From Xanthobacteraceae bacterium (GTDB lineage: Bacteria > Pseudomonadota > Alphaproteobacteria > Rhizobiales > Xanthobacteraceae), in NCBI GenBank assembly GCA_028282095.1, contig JANQIP010000280.1:2962-66961 (forward strand): a stretch of DNA of 64,000 nt, in the 5' to 3' direction. The notes beneath the pieces are model-generated. The model was not told where the DNA came from, ran no database searches, and saw only the letters and a program-made list of their open reading frames with translations. Made by a program: the position numbers and the translations under genes. Positions 1-7,942 of this stretch are shown one piece after another (position 1 is the stretch's first letter; each line of letters opens with the position of its first letter).

Positions 1-1096
1 CGCTGGGCAGCCGGCCGATGGCCTCATGGATGTCGGCCGACACCGCCGCGCGCAGCGCGCCGGTGCTCGCGAGCAGCTTGGCGATCGCGTCCGGCGCCTG
101 CGCTGCGATCGCGCTCGCCGCCGCATCGAGCACATCCAGCGCCGCCATCAGCCGCGCGCGCCAGGCCATCGCCTCCTGCCGCGACTCGTACGGAATCTCG
201 GCGACGCTGCGCGCGCCTTGCGCGAGGATCGCCGCACTCGCGCCGACCAGCACCGCGCGCTCGGGCAGCGACACGGCATCGAGCGCAGCAATCTCGGTCG
301 CGAGCGCCAATAGCATGGCCGCGCCATCGCGCGGGCCGAACACCGCGGACGCGATGGCCGGCGCTGTGGCGGGGGCAATCGCCGGCGCCGGCGCGCCGAT
401 CGCGAGCGTCGCGATCGGCTCGGGCAGTGCGGTCACGGCCGCGCCGAGCGATGCCGCGTCCGATGCTGCGCCGATCGCCGCGATCGGTGTCACCAGCGCC
501 CGCTCCACCGCATCGGCACCGCGTTGTCGCGCGGCCGCCGCCGACACCACTGCGGCCACGGTCTCTGCGCTCATGCGTGCCGCCGACCACAGCGCGACCG
601 GCAGCATTGCAGCCCCAGTGACGGCGGTGATCAGTGCCGCCCCGCGCACGCCGACCGATGCGAGCGCGCCGAGCAGCACCGGCAGTGTCGCCAGCGCAAG
701 CGGCGGCGGCTCGGCCGGCAGAAACCCGACACGGATGCGTGCGACCCGCAGCTCGGTTGCCGAGTAGGAGATCACGGCGGGCCGCGCCACGACGACGAGC
801 TGTTCGCCCGTCCACGGATGCAACAGCATGCCCGGTCCCGGCACATCGAACGCCGCGCGCAGCGCTTCGGCCTGCACCACATAGTCATCGCCGACCACGA
901 GCCCGATGATCTCAATGATTCCGCGATGCAGCCCGAGGTCCTCGATCGCCGCATGATCGAGGCCGGGGAACAGCGTGTGCACGATCCGCCGCCCGGCCTC
1001 GTGGCGCGCATCCGGGATGTAGAACGGCACGCCGCGGAACGCGCCCGGCAGCAGGCCGGGCAGCACCAGCTCGGGATCGATGTCGATGATGCTCAT
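1..1096 (-). CDS. DNA circularization protein N-like (Mu gpN family), N-terminal part; ORF runs off window
   Basis: Own translation from ATG at 1096 (TGATG overlap with tape-measure stop): MSIIDIDPELVLPGLLPGAFRGVPFYIPDARHEAGRRIVHTLFPGLDHAAIEDLGLHRG... I translated it without stops down to about position 600. Absent from the ORF track, consistent with no in-window stop. Position after tape measure as in Mu. Confidence 0.6.
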   Translation of the reverse strand, partial: MSIIDIDPELVLPGLLPGAFRGVPFYIPDARHEAGRRIVHTLFPGLDHAAIEDLGLHRGIIEIIGLVVGDDYVVQAEALRAAFDVPGPGMLLHPWTGEQLVVVARPAVISYSATELRVARIRVGFLPAEPPPLALATLPVLLGALASVGVRGAALITAVTGAAMLPVALWSAARMSAETVAAVVSAAAARQRGADAVERALVTPIAAIGAASDAASLGAAVTALPEPIATLAIGAPAPAIAPATAPAIASAVFGPRDGAAMLLALATEIAALDAVSLPERAVLVGASAAILAQGARSVAEIPYESRQEAMAWRARLMAALDVLDAAASAIAAQAPDAIAKLLASTGALRAAVSADIHEAIGRLPS

Positions 1097-2952
1097 CACG
1101 GCACCCCGAGCATCAGCCCGCGATCGGGGACGAGCGGCACGTCGCGGTGCTCGCTCTCCGCGCGCGTGACGCGCCCCGGCCCTTCGACGCTGACGACGAT
1201 GCGTCCACCGACCTTCTGCTCCGGCGCCGCGAGCGGCGCATAGCTCTTGCCGCCCGCGGCCTGCATCTGCATCTGCATTGGCATCGGCACCAGCGGCGTG
1301 CCGGCGCCCGAGAACATGCGCCGGACCCACTCGGGAATGAGGGAGTCCCACCATCGCGCGATACGCGTCGCCGCCGCGGAAAAGGCGCCCTCGATGCCCT
1401 CCCAAAGGCCCGCAAGAAAGCCTCTGATTGGCTCCCATTTTTGATAGAGCACAACCGCCGCTGCGCCGAGCGCGGTGACGGCTGCGACCACGGCCCAGAT
1501 CGGCGCACCGATCAGCGCGGCGATGCCGCCGGCGACCGCGACGACGGCAGTGGCCAGCACGCCGAACCCGCTCGCAATCGCAGGACCGAGCAGCCCGAGC
1601 GCGGTGGCGACCAGCAGCAGGCTGCCGCCCCAGGCGATCGCCTTGTCCACCGCGCCCGGCAACCTCGTGTCGAGCCAGTTGACCCCGGCCAGCAGGCTTT
1701 GCAGCGCGCTATTGAGCAAGGGCAGGTTCTCAACGAAAGCCCTGCCGACCCGGCGCGTCGCCTGTTCGCCCACCTCGGCGAAGCGCTCCAATTGCGGCGT
1801 CAGCCCGGCCATGCGCGAGCGGAAATCATCAGCGAGCACGCCCGTCCGCGGATCGCCGCGCATCGCCGTGACGATCTTGTCCTTGATCACGCGGAAGTCC
1901 GCTACCCCGGCCAGCATCGGAATGAGAAAATTCTTCACCTGCATGTCGCCGAACATCGCGGCGACCTCACCACCGCCGCGAATGGCGCGGATGCGCGCCG
2001 AGAGCGCGGCGATCTCCGCCGGATCGGTGATGCCGCCCTTTTTCGCGCGCGCCTGCAGCTCTTCGATTTCGGCGCTGGTCATGCCGGCGAGGTCGAGGAT
2101 TTTTTTGATCGCGGCTTCGATGGGGTTGATACCACCCCAGACCGCCTCTTCCATGGTGCCTCTTATGTCGACACCCCTTTTTTTGAAGTTTGCGATCGTC
2201 TCCTTGGAGAGGATTTTTGAGAGGAAGTTCTCGACATTCGTCGCCGCCTGCGCCGGCTCGGCGGCCGCACGCATGGCGATCTGCAGTGCCGCACCGATAT
2301 GCGCCACGGCCTCCTCGCCGGTGACGCCGAGATTGGCCAACAGCCCGGTCAGCCGCGGGAAGGCGCGCGCCATATCGGGTAGCTCGAACCGCCCTTCTTT
2401 GCCGCCGACGCCGAGGCCGGCGAAGACGTTCTCCATCCGCTCGGCCGCGATTCTGAGATTCTGGTTCAGCGCGACGGCCATGCGTGCCATGTCGGCGATC
2501 TCGGCGCCGGCCGCGGTGGCGGCGCGGCCTAGCTGCGGCATCAGCGTCGCGACGACATCGCGGTCGAGCCCGGCCGCGATCAGAATTTGCGCCGCCTCGG
2601 CAAGCTGGGTCGAGCGTTGCCCGACCTCGAGCGCCAGGCGCTCATAGCTGCGCGCCAGCGTCGTCACATCCGCCTGCATCGCGCGCGACACCGTGCCCGA
2701 CGTGATCGCGAGGTCGCGCAGCCTGGCGTCAAAATCCGCCGCGGCCTTAAGCGGCCCGACGAAGGAGAGGCCGGCGCCGAGCGCGCCGATGGCGCCGATC
2801 CGCCCGGCGAGGCCGGCGACGCGTGCGCTCATCGCGCTGATGCGACCGGTCAGCGCCGTGAGTCCTTGGACTCGCCCCGTGATCCGCTGCAGCGGGCCGG
2901 TGATGCGGTCGACCAGCCTCACCAGCACGGACAAAGCCATCTGCTTGTTCAC
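1096..2952 (-). CDS. tail tape measure protein
   Basis: 618 aa, Ala/Gly/Leu-rich helical protein with hydrophobic C-terminal segments. GTG start overlaps stop of the chaperone frameshift ORF (GTGA). Sits between chaperone and gpN-like gene. Confidence 0.8.
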   Translation of the reverse strand: MNKQMALSVLVRLVDRITGPLQRITGRVQGLTALTGRISAMSARVAGLAGRIGAIGALGAGLSFVGPLKAAADFDARLRDLAITSGTVSRAMQADVTTLARSYERLALEVGQRSTQLAEAAQILIAAGLDRDVVATLMPQLGRAATAAGAEIADMARMAVALNQNLRIAAERMENVFAGLGVGGKEGRFELPDMARAFPRLTGLLANLGVTGEEAVAHIGAALQIAMRAAAEPAQAATNVENFLSKILSKETIANFKKRGVDIRGTMEEAVWGGINPIEAAIKKILDLAGMTSAEIEELQARAKKGGITDPAEIAALSARIRAIRGGGEVAAMFGDMQVKNFLIPMLAGVADFRVIKDKIVTAMRGDPRTGVLADDFRSRMAGLTPQLERFAEVGEQATRRVGRAFVENLPLLNSALQSLLAGVNWLDTRLPGAVDKAIAWGGSLLLVATALGLLGPAIASGFGVLATAVVAVAGGIAALIGAPIWAVVAAVTALGAAAVVLYQKWEPIRGFLAGLWEGIEGAFSAAATRIARWWDSLIPEWVRRMFSGAGTPLVPMPMQMQMQAAGGKSYAPLAAPEQKVGGRIVVSVEGPGRVTRAESEHRDVPLVPDRGLMLGVP

Positions 2953-3113
2953 GACGCTTGCTCCTTGACGCGTTCATGGAGTGCGGCGATCGCGTCGTGC
3001 CAGAACATCGCGTCAGATGCGCTCATGCATTCGATCTCGCGGGCGGAGAATCCTGTATTGACGGCGAGCCCGCCGAGCATCACCGGCCAGTCGGCCGGCC
3101 AATGCCGAAAAAA
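2949..3113 (-). CDS. -1 frame extension of tail assembly chaperone (gpE-prime / GpE-family part), reached by programmed frameshift
   Basis: Own translation of the -1 frame after the slippery site: FFRHWPADWPVMLGGLAVNTGFSAREIECMSASDAMFWHDAIAALHERVKEQAS*. No internal stops. Its TGA overlaps the tape-measure GTG. Confidence 0.6.
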   Translation of the reverse strand, partial: FFRHWPADWPVMLGGLAVNTGFSAREIECMSASDAMFWHDAIAALHERVKEQAS

Positions 3114-3655
3114 CTCTCGACCACCTTCACCGCGTCCGCGATGTCCTCGCCGTCCAGGACATCGAACAGCGCGTTCATCACCGGCTCGCGCTGGCGCGCC
3201 GAGCGCGCCAACATGACCGCGCTCCGCGATGCCGGCGCCGCGGCGACGATCGCCCGCAGATCGGCACCGTTCAGCCGGTGAAATGTCAGTTGATCGAACC
3301 GCTGGCTGCGGACGCCCCGCGTCGCCGATCTGATCTGCAGCTCGCGCGGCGCGCGCAGCGGCAGCGTCACCGAGCCGTCGTTGTTGACGATCGCATGCGC
3401 CGGCAGCGCGGCTTCGCTCGATGCATCCTCGTCGACGATTCTCCCCGGCTCTTCATCGACAATCGCGGTCGGTCTCGAGAGTCCGGGAATTCCGATGGAG
3501 CCGATCGGCCCCACCGTACCGGCCGGTGGCCCACCCGCTTCCTCCCCTGCCAAAGGCGGGGGAGGGGGACCGTCCGCAGGACGGTGGAGGGGGCGCTCGG
3601 GGCGCTCGTCGACATCGACGACCACGTGCCCGTGCTCCGGATGCGGATGGGTCAT
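3080..3655 (-). CDS. tail assembly chaperone (Mu gp41 / P2 gpE-like), zero-frame product
   Basis: Start MTHPHPEHG at 3655 overlaps tube stop (ATGA). C-terminal half (LTFHRLNGADLRAI...VLDGEDIADAVKVVESFF) resembles gpE-type chaperones. Lies between tube and tape measure. N-terminal part contains a REP-like insert. Confidence 0.65.
   Translation of the reverse strand: MTHPHPEHGHVVVDVDERPERPLHRPADGPPPPPLAGEEAGGPPAGTVGPIGSIGIPGLSRPTAIVDEEPGRIVDEDASSEAALPAHAIVNNDGSVTLPLRAPRELQIRSATRGVRSQRFDQLTFHRLNGADLRAIVAAAPASRSAVMLARSARQREPVMNALFDVLDGEDIADAVKVVESFFGIGRPTGR
3107..3113 (-). promoter_or_regulatory. -1 programmed ribosomal frameshift slippery heptamer T TTT TTC
   Basis: Minus strand reads GAG AGT TTT TTC GGC in the zero frame (X XXY YYZ pattern), 25 nt before the zero-frame stop. 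The -1 frame stays open to the tape-measure start. Confidence 0.6.
3541..3594. repeat. GC-rich palindromic unit cluster, intragenic (tail chaperone)
   Basis: cctcccctgccaaaggcgggggagg plus ggaccgtccgcaggacggtgg hairpins. Confidence 0.7.
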
Positions 3656-4014
3656 GAAAGCACCTCCTCGTAATCGCCGGCGTTCCACTTGAGTTCGAGC
3701 TTGCCGCCCTCTCCGCCCGTCATCTCCGGGTGCTCGATGAGAAAAGCGTCGGGGAAGGTGAACGTCTGTCCCGTGTCGCAGATTACCTGCAGCTCGCCCT
3801 CGCCGGCGTCGTAGATGGCGGAGTAGCTCTGTCCGCGTTCGAGATGCGTGGTCGCGGTGATTTCGGAGGCCATGAATTCCTGCGCGCGGCCGACCTTGCG
3901 GCCGACGATCACGGGGTTGTTCTTCATGCCGCCGAGCTTGAGCTTAGCGCCTTTCTCGACCGGCACATTTTTGCCCCGCCAGGTGACGTCGATAATGCCG
4001 AGCATCTGCGCCAT
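3652..4014 (-). CDS. tail tube protein (Mu gpM-like)
   Basis: 120 aa directly downstream of the sheath gene and overlapping the chaperone start. Size and position typical of contractile-tail tube proteins. Confidence 0.7.
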   Translation of the reverse strand: MAQMLGIIDVTWRGKNVPVEKGAKLKLGGMKNNPVIVGRKVGRAQEFMASEITATTHLERGQSYSAIYDAGEGELQVICDTGQTFTFPDAFLIEHPEMTGGEGGKLELKWNAGDYEEVLS

Positions 4015-4035
4015 CGGCTGTCTCCTTCCTCAATC

Positions 4036-4092
4036 CGCTCCCGCCTCGCTTCGCTCGACTCCCTCTCCCGCTTGCGGGGGAGGGTTGGGGCG
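4036..4092. repeat. GC-rich palindromic unit, intergenic (sheath/tube)
   Basis: ccctctcccgcttgcgggggagggttgggg. Confidence 0.75.
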
Positions 4093-5559
4093 CTAAACCT
4101 GAAACTCCAGCGCCGCTGCCAGCACCATCAGATTGCCGATGATGCGCACCTGCTGGCTGGCGTTCAGCCTGTTGCGGTCGGTCGCATCGCGCAGGAATGT
4201 CGACTGCGCGACCGTCTCGCGTGCGCCCTCGATCCACCCCTGGCGCTCATAGAGCTTGCACCTCGCGGCCCAGGAGCCGTGCATACGCCGCGGCGTCACC
4301 ACCGCGTCGGAATGATTGGCGGCGATCGAGTCGTCATCCGCCAGCTTGTGCCGTGGATAGGTCGCGCTGACATAGCTCGCCCAATCGTAGCGGATGCGGC
4401 TCAGCGTCCGCGGCACCATGATGTCGAGCCACGCGCGATCGACACCGCCGAGGCTCGACAGATTGTAGGTGGTCACCACGCGATCGATGGCAACTGAGCC
4501 GTCGGCCGACACGGTGAAGGTCGACACGCCCGCCTTGAGCAGCAGGTCCTGCTCGGTCTCCGTCCATCGATCCGCCGCGCCTGGTGCGCTCACGCCGGGC
4601 AGCGCGAGGCCGCGCAATTGCCGTGCCGGATCGGCGGCGAGATGGTGCGTGGCGATGCCCGCGAGCGATGCCGCCCACGCCCACGGCGGCGTCGGCGAGT
4701 TCTTGGCACCGATGATCGAGATGTGCGGACTGTTGGTGATCCCGCCCACCGTCGTCAACGCGCCGAACGTGCCGCGCCCGCCGACATAGGCATGCGCGTC
4801 CTGTTTGCCCAGAGCCTCGTAGCGTGTCGCGAGATCGGCCGCGAGCGCCGCGAGATTGGTGTTGTCCGTCCATGGCACGACGATGTCCGTGAACCACTCG
4901 GCGGCGATCGCATCGAGCAGCGTCTGCACATCCGGGTTCGTGGTGCCACCGGTCATCGCAACGACGGCGCAGCTCGCGCCCGCCGGCATCGCATCGTCGA
5001 TGCGCGCATTGACGGCGAGGTGGATGGCGTTGCCCACTTCGCCTTTGTGCTTTGCCGTCACCGTGACCACTTCGGCGACCGCAGCGGCCGTGACCGCGAG
5101 GTCGGGGACGGCATTGAGCGCCGCGGCGGCGGCGGTTGCCATCTGCGCCGCGGTCGCTTCGTTGGCCACCGCGACCCGCACGCGCTGACCGGCGACATAG
5201 AGCGCGATGGTGCCCGCTGATGAGGCTGGACCGCCGAAGGTGAAGGTCCCGGCTGCGGCCTGGCCGCCGGCATCATCACCGATCGCGATGGCATAGACAT
5301 CGGATGTCTTGTTGGCCGCCTTGAACGCCTTGGCCATCGCCTCGCCGACCGAGCCCGCACCGAACAGTGCCGTGCCCTGCTCCGGCCGCGTCAACTGATA
5401 GAGTTGGCCGGCGGTCGCCGTACCCGTCCCCAGCATCTGGCACATGAGCAATGCACGCGCCGGAAACGGCAGCACGCCCACGCGATCGTAGTTCGGCCTC
5501 ACCTCGATCAGCACGCCGGGCTTGAGCCAGTCGTAGGGAATCTCGTTGAATTCCGGCAT
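4093..5559 (-). CDS. contractile tail sheath protein (Mu gpL-like)
   Basis: Start MPEFNEIPYDWLKPGVLIEV at 5559 with GGAGGAGG RBS. About 488 aa. The Arg-rich N-terminal extension in the 4093..5955 track ORF is rejected. Confidence 0.85.
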   Translation of the reverse strand: MPEFNEIPYDWLKPGVLIEVRPNYDRVGVLPFPARALLMCQMLGTGTATAGQLYQLTRPEQGTALFGAGSVGEAMAKAFKAANKTSDVYAIAIGDDAGGQAAAGTFTFGGPASSAGTIALYVAGQRVRVAVANEATAAQMATAAAAALNAVPDLAVTAAAVAEVVTVTAKHKGEVGNAIHLAVNARIDDAMPAGASCAVVAMTGGTTNPDVQTLLDAIAAEWFTDIVVPWTDNTNLAALAADLATRYEALGKQDAHAYVGGRGTFGALTTVGGITNSPHISIIGAKNSPTPPWAWAASLAGIATHHLAADPARQLRGLALPGVSAPGAADRWTETEQDLLLKAGVSTFTVSADGSVAIDRVVTTYNLSSLGGVDRAWLDIMVPRTLSRIRYDWASYVSATYPRHKLADDDSIAANHSDAVVTPRRMHGSWAARCKLYERQGWIEGARETVAQSTFLRDATDRNRLNASQQVRIIGNLMVLAAALEFQV

Positions 5560-5735
5560 CAATCCTCCTCCCAGAAGCGCCAAAAAAAGCCGTCCGGCTC
5601 CCGCCGCCATTCCCCGTCGCACACTTGGATGACGCCGCCGCACGCATTGAGATCGGGCCCGTCGTCCTCGTCGTCGCCCGTTGCGAACAACTCCATCAGT
5701 TGGTGCGGCGCCACGACGTCCTCGGTGCGGATCAT
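5559..5735 (-). CDS. small acidic hypothetical protein (58 aa)
   Basis: MIRTEDVVAPHQLMELFATGDDEDDGPDLNACGGVIQVCDGEWRREPDGFFWRFWEED. Its stop overlaps the sheath ATG (TGATG). Confidence 0.4.
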   Translation of the reverse strand: MIRTEDVVAPHQLMELFATGDDEDDGPDLNACGGVIQVCDGEWRREPDGFFWRFWEED

Positions 5736-5746
5736 GTTGTTGGCCC

Positions 5747-5977
5747 TCAGCGCTCCTCCTTCGTCTCTTCCCCTCCCCCCTTGAGGGGGAGGTCGGTCGG
5801 CGCAGCCGACCGGGAGGGGGATGCCTGCACCTCGACCAGGTCGCCGTCGGCGATGCGCCGGCGCACATATTGATCGAGCGCGACTTCTGCGCCCTCCGCC
5901 GGCCAGGGCGACCCGTCCGCCATGGGCACAGCGAGGCCGTGCGCCGGTCGCGCAAAAACCTTCGGTGGCTCCGTCAT
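5747..5977 (-). CDS. small hypothetical protein (Mu gp38 position) with REP-derived C-terminus
   Basis: Start MTEPPKVFARP at 5977 overlaps the upstream stop (ATGA). The C-terminal SPSRSAAPTDLPLKGGG is encoded by a palindromic element. Confidence 0.45.
   Translation of the reverse strand: MTEPPKVFARPAHGLAVPMADGSPWPAEGAEVALDQYVRRRIADGDLVEVQASPSRSAAPTDLPLKGGGEETKEER
5772..5834. repeat. 63-bp palindromic element, copy 1 (intragenic)
   Basis: cctccccccttgagggggaggtcggtcggcgcagccgaccgggaggggg...; near-identical to 13721-13783. Confidence 0.85.
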
Positions 5978-6537
5978 GGCCCCTCCACTTCGATGGTGTC
6001 GCTCGGCTCGCTCTCGCTTGAGAGGTCCCAATCCGAGACGAGCCGCAGGAAATCGTCGCTGGTTGCCAGCGCGGCAAGCACGTCGGCGAGGTCCGTTGTC
6101 ATGTCGAGTTCGATGGTGCCGATCGCGATCGACATGTCGCTCCAGCCGTCCGCAAAGGCCGAGCCGGCGCGGCTCACGAACAGCGTGCCGACGCCGTCGA
6201 CCTTGAGACCGCTGAGCAGCGCGGCGGCGATCAGCGTCGAGGAATAGAGCCCCGGCCCGAGCCTATCGCCCGTGAAGCGCGCCTCCCGGCCGGTGTTCTT
6301 GATCACGATGGTCAACGTGAATCCAAGCCGCCCCGTGATGCGGCGCCCGCTGGCCTGATCAACAGCGACCTCCCGCCACGCGAATCCGAGCCACGGCGTC
6401 GCCTTAGCGACGATCGACCGAAACTCCTCCAACGTTAGCGGGCTCGGTACCAACTCGAATGTCCATCGATCGTGCGCGAAAGCCGTGCGCAGCCGCGCCT
6501 CGACGGCCTGGTGCGTGGCGGTGATCGGGTCGACCAT
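5974..6537 (-). CDS. Mu gp37-like head-tail protein (DUF1834-like)
   Basis: Start MVDPITATHQAVEARL at 6537 (TGATG overlap). Position after the gp36-like gene. Confidence 0.5.
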   Translation of the reverse strand: MVDPITATHQAVEARLRTAFAHDRWTFELVPSPLTLEEFRSIVAKATPWLGFAWREVAVDQASGRRITGRLGFTLTIVIKNTGREARFTGDRLGPGLYSSTLIAAALLSGLKVDGVGTLFVSRAGSAFADGWSDMSIAIGTIELDMTTDLADVLAALATSDDFLRLVSDWDLSSESEPSDTIEVEGP

Positions 6538-6965
6538 CACAGCCCACCTCCCGCGCGCGAGCCGAACGTCGCATCGCGATCGGAGCTGCGCGCGCCGCTC
6601 GACGGCGCGATCGGTGCCGCGCCTTCGAGTGTCGCCTGGCCTGATGCAATTTTCTCCAGCCACGCGATGGTGTCACGCTGGGCGAGCCGCATCTGCTCGG
6701 TCGGCTCGCGGTCGCCGCCCATGGCGAGGTCGTAGCGCGCTAGCGTGCAAGCCGCGCGCACAATCACGTCCGGCACCGGCGCCGCGAGCGGGACGGTGTA
6801 GCGGCGGCGCAGATAGCTATCGATGCGCGCCGATGCATCGGCCAGCGCCTGCTCGATGCGCGCCGGGATGATCGTCTCGGGTAGCGGCCCATCGCCGGCC
6901 GAGAACCGCAGCACCTCCGTCTCGCCGAACCGCGAGACCATGTCGTCGACGCTCGCGTAGGTCAT
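6537..6965 (-). CDS. Mu gp36-like head-tail adaptor (DUF1320-like)
   Basis: MTYASVDDMVSRFGETEVLRFS...IEQALADASARIDSYLRRRYTVPL matches the typical DUF1320 N-terminal pattern. Confidence 0.7.
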   Translation of the reverse strand: MTYASVDDMVSRFGETEVLRFSAGDGPLPETIIPARIEQALADASARIDSYLRRRYTVPLAAPVPDVIVRAACTLARYDLAMGGDREPTEQMRLAQRDTIAWLEKIASGQATLEGAAPIAPSSGARSSDRDATFGSRAGGGL

Positions 6966-7303
6966 TGCGCCAGCTCCGCCGGTGTCTTACGGCGCCGTCC
7001 CCGCCCGCCCCGCCGTCGCCGCGGCGGCTCCTCACCTTCGCCGCGAGGAGCAAGCGGCAGCGTCGTCGGTTGTCCGCTCTCGACCTCCCGCGCCGCGGCG
7101 GCGATGAGATCGGCGACGGTCATCGCGCTCTCTGCCGTGCTCGGCAGCTCGATGCCGGCCCGTGTCTCGATCTCGCAGACGATGTTGAGGAGATCGAGTT
7201 CATCGACGCCGAGGTCCTCGGCGAGGTGGTCGTCTCGGCACACCTCGCCGGCGTCGCGCCCGAGCATGTCGGCCACCCCCTCGATGACGAGCTGCTCGAT
7301 CAT
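6962..7303 (-). CDS. acyl-carrier-protein-like protein with Ser-to-Glu at the phosphopantetheine site and Arg-rich tail
   Basis: MIEQLVIEGVADMLGRDAGEVCRDDHLAEDLGVDELDLLNIVCEIETRAGIELP aligns by eye to the ACP helix II motif DLGxDSLD, here DLGVDELD. C-terminal RRRRGGRGRRRK. ATGA overlap with the upstream gene. Confidence 0.55.
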   Translation of the reverse strand: MIEQLVIEGVADMLGRDAGEVCRDDHLAEDLGVDELDLLNIVCEIETRAGIELPSTAESAMTVADLIAAAAREVESGQPTTLPLAPRGEGEEPPRRRRGGRGRRRKTPAELAQ

Positions 7304-7488
7304 CGCGCCGGCTTCTCCTTCCACAGCATCGACGGCGGGAAGTCGGCCGTCAGGATGTCGTCCGCGCCATGCCACCAGCAGACGACCTTGCCCTCCTCGA
7401 CGGACGCCACCGTCATCGGCGGCCCGCCGCTGTTCAGCCGCACCACATCGCCCTGGGCGAAGGGTGCGTTCTTTGCGCGCGCGCTCAC
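7300..7488 (-). CDS. small DUF2158-like protein
   Basis: 62 aa; FAQGDVVRLNSGGPPMTVASVEEGKVVCWWH pattern typical of YodC/DUF2158. Confidence 0.5.
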   Translation of the reverse strand: MSARAKNAPFAQGDVVRLNSGGPPMTVASVEEGKVVCWWHGADDILTADFPPSMLWKEKPAR

Positions 7489-7937
7489 GGCACGCGCGAG
7501 ACGATCAGCTCGGGATCGTCCTCGATCGCAGCGACGTCCGCCTCGGAGAGCGCATCGAGCGGGATCACCGTCTCATGCGCGCCGAAGCTCATTCCCGCGC
7601 GCCGCCGCGACGTGCGCCTGGCGCGCACGATCAGCGACGCGCCCCCTCCACCGTCCTGCGGCAGGGGAGGATCATCCTTTCCTCCCCCGCGCCGAACGCG
7701 GGTGTTCCCGTGTTCGGCCCGACTTGGGCCGGGGGAGGTCGATCCGCGCAGCGGATCGGGAGGGGGCGGCGGCGGATCGGCCGGCTCCTCCGCGGGCGCC
7801 GACGCAACTTGCTCGCCCGTGCCTGCATCGATCGGCGATGCTTGCGCACCGCCGCCGGCGACCGCGACGTTCTCTGGCGCAGTCGCATCCGGGGCCTGCG
7901 CCCCCTCGGAATCGGATGGTTTGGTCTTGCGGGCCAT
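7485..7937 (-). CDS. hypothetical head-region protein with REP-like insert
   Basis: Start MARKTKPSDSE at 7937, just after the capsid stop. The middle (PLRGSTSPGPSRAEHGNTRVRRGGG) is encoded by palindromic units. Confidence 0.45.
   Translation of the reverse strand: MARKTKPSDSEGAQAPDATAPENVAVAGGGAQASPIDAGTGEQVASAPAEEPADPPPPPPDPLRGSTSPGPSRAEHGNTRVRRGGGKDDPPLPQDGGGGASLIVRARRTSRRRAGMSFGAHETVIPLDALSEADVAAIEDDPELIVSRVP
7691..7776. repeat. GC-rich palindromic unit cluster, intragenic (ORF 7485..7937)
   Basis: Contains gccgaacgcgggtgttcccgtgttcggc and gatccgcgcagcggatc hairpins. Confidence 0.75.
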
Positions 7938-7942
7938 GGCAC

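Noticed and set aside
18-815. Long ORFs 18..767 (+) and 24..815 (-), plus many similar Ala/Arg/Pro-rich ORFs throughout the track
   Set aside because: These are compositional shadows of high-GC coding DNA: Arg/Ala/Gly runs with no motifs. The third minus frame encodes a protein-like gpN homologue that starts at 1096.
5560-5955. N-terminal 132-aa extension of the tail sheath ORF (track ORF 4093..5955)
   Set aside because: The extension is Arg/Gly-rich junk that overlaps two better small ORFs. The internal ATG at 5559 has a strong RBS and gives the canonical sheath N-terminus.
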